The notes beneath the pieces are model-generated. The model was given only the letters and a program-made list of their open reading frames with translations, did not search any database and was not told the DNA's origin. This document shows positions 56,416 through 60,706 of a stretch of DNA of 60,706 nt, piece after piece. The stretch spans positions 1 to 60,706 of the forward strand of contig CALDDN010000015.1 of NCBI GenBank assembly GCA_937936615.1. Reading direction: 5' to 3'. Each line of letters begins with the position of its first letter. The first letter of the stretch is position 1. The DNA is from an uncultured Bacteroidia bacterium (lineage in GTDB: Bacteria; Bacteroidota; Bacteroidia; J057; CALDDN01). The position numbers and the translations under genes are program-made.

Positions 56416-57341
56416 GAAATGGCCTGGCGGCGGCGGCGCAGCTCGCCCTGCAGATAGGTGTCGACGTAATTCCAGAGCCGGAGCAGCTCGCCCTCATCAG
56501 CCTTGGCCCGACCATAGAAGATACGGTCTTCTTTCTGGCAAAGCTCCGTCAGAAGGTTGATGGCGTCGTCGGACAAGGTGCTGTGGTGGCGCAGAGCTTG
56601 AGGCAGCTCATCGCTGGTGCAGCTTTTCCAGCGGAGACCCGATACTGGCCAGGCATGTTGCAGGTCTTCTTTCCAGACGCGGTTGAGCTGCTGAATGAAG
56701 GCCGCACTGTTGGCAGACAGCTCGCGCACGGCCAGCAGCTCGTTTCGCAGACGTCGTCCATAACGCGCCAGACGGTGGCGCAGCCACCAACGACGCAAGG
56801 GCCGGCGAAGCAGCAGTCCGCCCGCAATGATTGCTGCACCGGTTCCTGCAACCCACCACCAGACGCGGGTCAAGTCGACCGGTTCGGGAATGGGGATTCG
56901 CTCAGGGTTGAAGCCAAACACCTGCTGGTCGGGGTCGCCTGTAATGCGGGGCTGAAAAACAATCGGGGTTGTGCTCAGAGTCAGCGTACGGGCCGAATCG
57001 GTTCCGTTATGATAGAACAGGACCAGACGCAGCGACTGGCGTTCCTCGATCTGGAAGCTTCGCACGCGAAAATGGGTACTGCGCCGCAGCGTATTACCCA
57101 ATATCGTACTGTCGCGTCGACTGACCCCCAGGTACTCGAAAGGTGCAAACGCCAGTACGGTGTCGGTCAGAAAGAAGCGATAGCGGGCAGGTGCGTCAAT
57201 CGTCAGTTCGACTTCGACCGTCTGGCCCAGGTCGAGGCTGGGCTGCAGCCAGCGGAGCGTGGCCTGCTGCGCGGCCACCGGTCGAGCCAACAGTCCCTCA
57301 ACGAACCAGAAGGCGATCACCCAAATTGGAAAGCTGCGCAT
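56412..57341 (-). CDS. Bat-operon-associated single-pass membrane protein
   Basis: Signal peptide from ATG 57341, Ig-like N-domain, TM (WWWVAG...), TSDEL and D.IFY C-terminal motifs; lies between DUF58 and batA. Confidence 0.65.
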   Translation of the reverse strand: MRSFPIWVIAFWFVEGLLARPVAAQQATLRWLQPSLDLGQTVEVELTIDAPARYRFFLTDTVLAFAPFEYLGVSRRDSTILGNTLRRSTHFRVRSFQIEERQSLRLVLFYHNGTDSARTLTLSTTPIVFQPRITGDPDQQVFGFNPERIPIPEPVDLTRVWWWVAGTGAAIIAGGLLLRRPLRRWWLRHRLARYGRRLRNELLAVRELSANSAAFIQQLNRVWKEDLQHAWPVSGLRWKSCTSDELPQALRHHSTLSDDAINLLTELCQKEDRIFYGRAKADEGELLRLWNYVDTYLQGELRRRRQAIS

Positions 57342-58224
57342 GTTTGTGCGAAGTAAAAAACTTTTCGACAAGCGGAAGCCACTCGCGGGTGATGTCAAGG
57401 TTCAGGTAACCGGTCTGGAACTGGGTGGCCATTTGCGCCAGCTGGCTGTCGATCCGGTGAAACCGCTCCTCGGCCAATGAAGCCTGCGAACCAGCCGACC
57501 GGCACAGCCAATCGAGGTGCCGATGTTCCAGCCCTTGGATGGGGATCAATCCCTCGAATTCGTGCAGACTTTCGGCCGGATGAAAGAGCCGGACAAGCAC
57601 CACATCGTGACGGTAGGCTACAGCCCTCAGGGATTCTTCGTAGGAAAGATCGAGAAAATCGGAGAGTACGAAGAGCAGAGTCCTACGCTTGAGGGAACGG
57701 CGTACCGTCTCGAAGGCCTGACTCAATCGGGTCTGGCGGCTGAGGGGCTGCAGTTCGACGAGCTGACTCAAGGAACGCATCACGTGGTTGCGACCCTTGC
57801 TCAAGGGGAAAAATGCCTCGGTCCGGTCGCTGAAAGCCAGACCGCCAAAGCGGTCGTTGTTGCGCAGAGTGCTGAAAGCCAGCAGGGCAAAAAACTCCAG
57901 ACTGACCTGCCACTTGGTCTGGGATTGCGCACCAAATTCCGAAGAACCACTGGTGTCAATCATGACAAAAAGACTCAGCTCTCGCTCCTCGCGAAATAGC
58001 TTCACATAGAGTTGGTTCATCCGAGCCGAAACGTTCCAGTCGACAGCCCTGACGTCATCGCCATACTGGTAAGCCCGTACCTCGTCAAATTCCAGGCCCG
58101 TACCTTTGAAAGCCGAGCGGTACTCGCCCCGAAACTGGGAGTTCATCAGCCGCTGAATGTTAAGCTGCAGCCGGCGGGTACGGGCCAGAATCTCCTTGAG
58201 GCGTTCTGCAGAAGAAGTGCTCAT
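57298..58224 (-). CDS. DUF58-domain protein
   Basis: G.Y.S.FKG.GLEFDEVRAYQYGDDVR.VDWNVSAR, EERE, DTSGS, LSDF; start at ATG 58224. Confidence 0.92.
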   Translation of the reverse strand: MSTSSAERLKEILARTRRLQLNIQRLMNSQFRGEYRSAFKGTGLEFDEVRAYQYGDDVRAVDWNVSARMNQLYVKLFREERELSLFVMIDTSGSSEFGAQSQTKWQVSLEFFALLAFSTLRNNDRFGGLAFSDRTEAFFPLSKGRNHVMRSLSQLVELQPLSRQTRLSQAFETVRRSLKRRTLLFVLSDFLDLSYEESLRAVAYRHDVVLVRLFHPAESLHEFEGLIPIQGLEHRHLDWLCRSAGSQASLAEERFHRIDSQLAQMATQFQTGYLNLDITREWLPLVEKFFTSHKHAQLSNLGDRLLVR

Positions 58225-59171
58225 GAGTGAGAGTTCGGTTCGAGCGGTTTCTGAGGGTAATAATACACCAAAGCCGTCAGCACGCAGCGATAGAACAGCC
58301 AGCGAACCCGACGGGGCAAGACGCGCAGCCATACGGGCGAGCGATCGATCAGATTTACATAATCCGAAGTAGTGAAAAATAAAAATATTATTTTCTTGAA
58401 ATAAAAATAAATAGATTTCTGGCGGCTCAGTTGATGAGTAGGAGTAAGCCACTCGTTACGTAGACGAAGCACCAGCCGCCGAAAGTTCAAGGGGTCGTGG
58501 TGCCAGGCAACAGCCTGAGGATCGTACCACAGCGGTACCCCCAGTTTCCGCAGCTGAAACGCCAGCAGACGGTCTTCACCCCAGCTATCCTGTTGTTCGA
58601 ATCCACCCAACGAGTCAAAAAGTGAACGGGGAATGGAAAAATGGCCAGCGGTCAGGTAAACAACATCTGGCGGAAAGGGGGCGCGAACCTTCGGGAAACG
58701 GTGTGTCCAGCCCAGTTCCAGGTGGCGACGAAAACGCTGCACGTCAGTTTCCGGCGTATTTCCCCTGATCGGAACCTGCCCCACAAGCACGGCCCCAGCA
58801 TGCGATGCATGAAAATCGAGGTGTCGGGCTAGGCAATCGGGTTCCAGTTCCATGTCGTCGTCGAGAAAGAGAAGCAGTCCGGCCCGAGCTTCGACCACGC
58901 CTCGGTTGCGGGCAGCGGATCGACCGGCATTCGGCTGCCAGATACTGACCAACGGGAACGACCAGTCGGCTGCAACCAGTGCCTCCCAGCTGCCGTCTTC
59001 AGAGCCATCAAGCACGCAGATAACCTCGAAGCCAGTTTGCTGCTGGCATTCCAGCGAGGTCAGCAACCGCAGCAAAGCAGCCCGCCGGTTGAATGAAGGT
59101 ATCACAACGCTCAGGTCGGGCTCGACCGAGCGGATGCCCGGGCTGAGGCTGATGCGCTCGGCAGGATTCAT
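58221..59171 (-). CDS. GT2-family glycosyltransferase
   Basis: SVVIPSFNR, DGSED, AARNRG, FLDDD, GGF...GED; start at ATG 59171. Confidence 0.9.
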   Translation of the reverse strand: MNPAERISLSPGIRSVEPDLSVVIPSFNRRAALLRLLTSLECQQQTGFEVICVLDGSEDGSWEALVAADWSFPLVSIWQPNAGRSAARNRGVVEARAGLLLFLDDDMELEPDCLARHLDFHASHAGAVLVGQVPIRGNTPETDVQRFRRHLELGWTHRFPKVRAPFPPDVVYLTAGHFSIPRSLFDSLGGFEQQDSWGEDRLLAFQLRKLGVPLWYDPQAVAWHHDPLNFRRLVLRLRNEWLTPTHQLSRQKSIYFYFKKIIFLFFTTSDYVNLIDRSPVWLRVLPRRVRWLFYRCVLTALVYYYPQKPLEPNSHS

Positions 59172-59288
59172 TATCGTTCGTGAAGGCTGAGCCGATTCAC
59201 CGGTTGGTTTCAGTACAATACAAAAAAATCGGTGTCTGCTCAAGGAATAGTACTTTAGAGGCGTATAGCAAGCCTGTCTGTTCAGAGT

Positions 59289-59741
59289 ATGAAATTACTG
59301 GTTCGCCTAGCAACGGCCGCCGATATCATTTGCATTGCCCGCCACAACCAGTCAATGGCCTGGGAAACCGAATCCATCGATCTGGAGTACGATCAGGCCC
59401 TGGAGGGAGTGCGCACGGTCATCCACGACCCGGCCTTGGGGTTCTATCTGGTGGCCGAACTGGGCCAAAAAGTGGTGGGCAGCCTGTTTGTTACGTATGA
59501 ATGGAGCGACTGGCGCAACGGCATGCGCTGGTGGCTGCAAAGCGTCTACGTGCAGCCCGCTTTCCGCAAACAGGGCGTATTCACCGGCATGCTGGAACAC
59601 GTAAAAGAACTGGGCCAGCGTCAGCATATTTTAGGACTGATGCTCTATGTCGTTGAGACGAATGCCGTAGCTCTTCAAACCTATAATCAACTCCAGTTTG
59701 TCCGCAGGCCCTACAGCATCCTGAGCCTGGGTGTGGACTGA
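59289..59741 (+). CDS. GNAT-family N-acetyltransferase
   Basis: EWSDWRNG, SVYVQPAFRKQGVF, N..A...Y. Confidence 0.9.
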   Translation: MKLLVRLATAADIICIARHNQSMAWETESIDLEYDQALEGVRTVIHDPALGFYLVAELGQKVVGSLFVTYEWSDWRNGMRWWLQSVYVQPAFRKQGVFTGMLEHVKELGQRQHILGLMLYVVETNAVALQTYNQLQFVRRPYSILSLGVD

Positions 59742-59900
59742 CTTTTTCCCAAGCATGGCAAAGCCTTGACATAGGGCTACTGGTTTTTTGCCTGAAAAAA
59801 AGTTCCTTTTCCCCCTTTGTAAAAGCTGGTTTTCTTGAGATTTGGCTATACTTGCATATACCTGTCTGCTCCAACCTCTTCCCTAATCCATTGAGTCACG

Positions 59901-60706
59901 ATGCGAACCATGACCCTCCCCTGCCTGGCGACTAGCCTGATCGTCAGCCTGTTTTTCGTGCAGCTGGTGCATGGCCAGGACAGCCGCAAGTTCGAAAACC
60001 TGGGCCCCAACATCAACAGCCAGTACAACGAGGCCCTGCCGATCATCTCGGCTGATGGACGTACGCTGTTCTTCGTACGCGAGAACTCACCTCAAAATGT
60101 TGATTACGAAGAAGGTAAAAAGAATCAAAATATCTGGTTCTCGACCATGCAGGAAGATGGCAGCTGGTCGCCTGCCCAGAACATGACCAGCCTCAACGCA
60201 GGGGGACGCAGCTTCGTGTCTTCGGTTACACCCGACGGGAACATCCTGCTGCTGGGCCGCCGTCTAGTGCGCCGAACCCGTACCGGCTGGTCGGCTCCTG
60301 AAGAGGTAGTCATCCACGGCTTCCACAACCGCCACAAACAAAATTTGGTCAACTTCTTTCTGGCCAACGATGGACAGGTGATGATTATCTCCACCCAGAT
60401 GGACGACAGCAAGGGCTTTCTCGATCTTTACGTAAGCTTCCTGCAGGATGACGGCACCTGGTCTAAGCCCACTAACCTAGGCAATACGGTCAATTCGTTC
60501 GGCGATGACTTCAGCCCTTTTTTGGCTGCCGACGGCAAGACCCTCTACTTTGCCTCGAACGGCATCACCAAATCGGATGATCCGCAGAAAACTCTGGGCG
60601 GGTCGGACATTTACGTTACCCGCCGCCTCGATGACTCGTGGCGCAACTGGTCCAAACCCGAGAACCTGGGGCCATCCATCAACACGACAGGAAACGACCA
60701 GTATTT
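59901..60706 (+). CDS. PD40/TolB-like beta-propeller protein (likely OmpA-family), truncated by the window end
   Basis: Open frame from ATG 59901 to the end, not in the ORF track: signal peptide, NLGPNINS, ISADGRTLFF, SPFLAADGKTLYFAS, GGSDIY, WSKPENLG. Confidence 0.85.
   Translation, partial: MRTMTLPCLATSLIVSLFFVQLVHGQDSRKFENLGPNINSQYNEALPIISADGRTLFFVRENSPQNVDYEEGKKNQNIWFSTMQEDGSWSPAQNMTSLNAGGRSFVSSVTPDGNILLLGRRLVRRTRTGWSAPEEVVIHGFHNRHKQNLVNFFLANDGQVMIISTQMDDSKGFLDLYVSFLQDDGTWSKPTNLGNTVNSFGDDFSPFLAADGKTLYFASNGITKSDDPQKTLGGSDIYVTRRLDDSWRNWSKPENLGPSINTTGNDQY

Overview
A GC-rich chromosomal segment from a Bacteroidota bacterium, judged from T9SS cargo C-terminal domains, TAnnTTTG-type -7 promoter boxes, few Shine-Dalgarno sequences and a dimeric glyQS. 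About 43 CDS plus one pseudogene. Most are housekeeping genes: glyQS, sucC, queC, coaX, purA, fur, fabD, mazG, gltA, purD, yebC, an AsmA-family gene and part of a Bat/vWA operon. Three large T9SS cargo genes (3044 aa, ~1944 aa, ~1046 aa) and a DUF5103 (T9SS plug-like) gene are also present. I saw no rRNA, tRNA, CRISPR array, transposase or integrase. Best leads: (1) a WYL regulator with a degenerate sensor motif, preceded by a perfect CGACA-N5-TGTCG palindrome, a promoter box and a GC-rich leader with two mutually exclusive folds; (2) an orphan DltA-like adenylation enzyme that keeps the D-alanine-selectivity Cys; (3) two giant secreted proteins, each with ten Cys-bracketed FN3 modules and a shared pre-CTD motif but different head domains; (4) several genes with the -7 box only 3-5 nt from the ATG, suggesting leaderless mRNAs; (5) a small islet with a Uma2-like nuclease and a frameshifted YjbR pseudogene. 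All calls come from manual motif reading; no search or folding computation was run, and none of the leads is a demonstrated new system.
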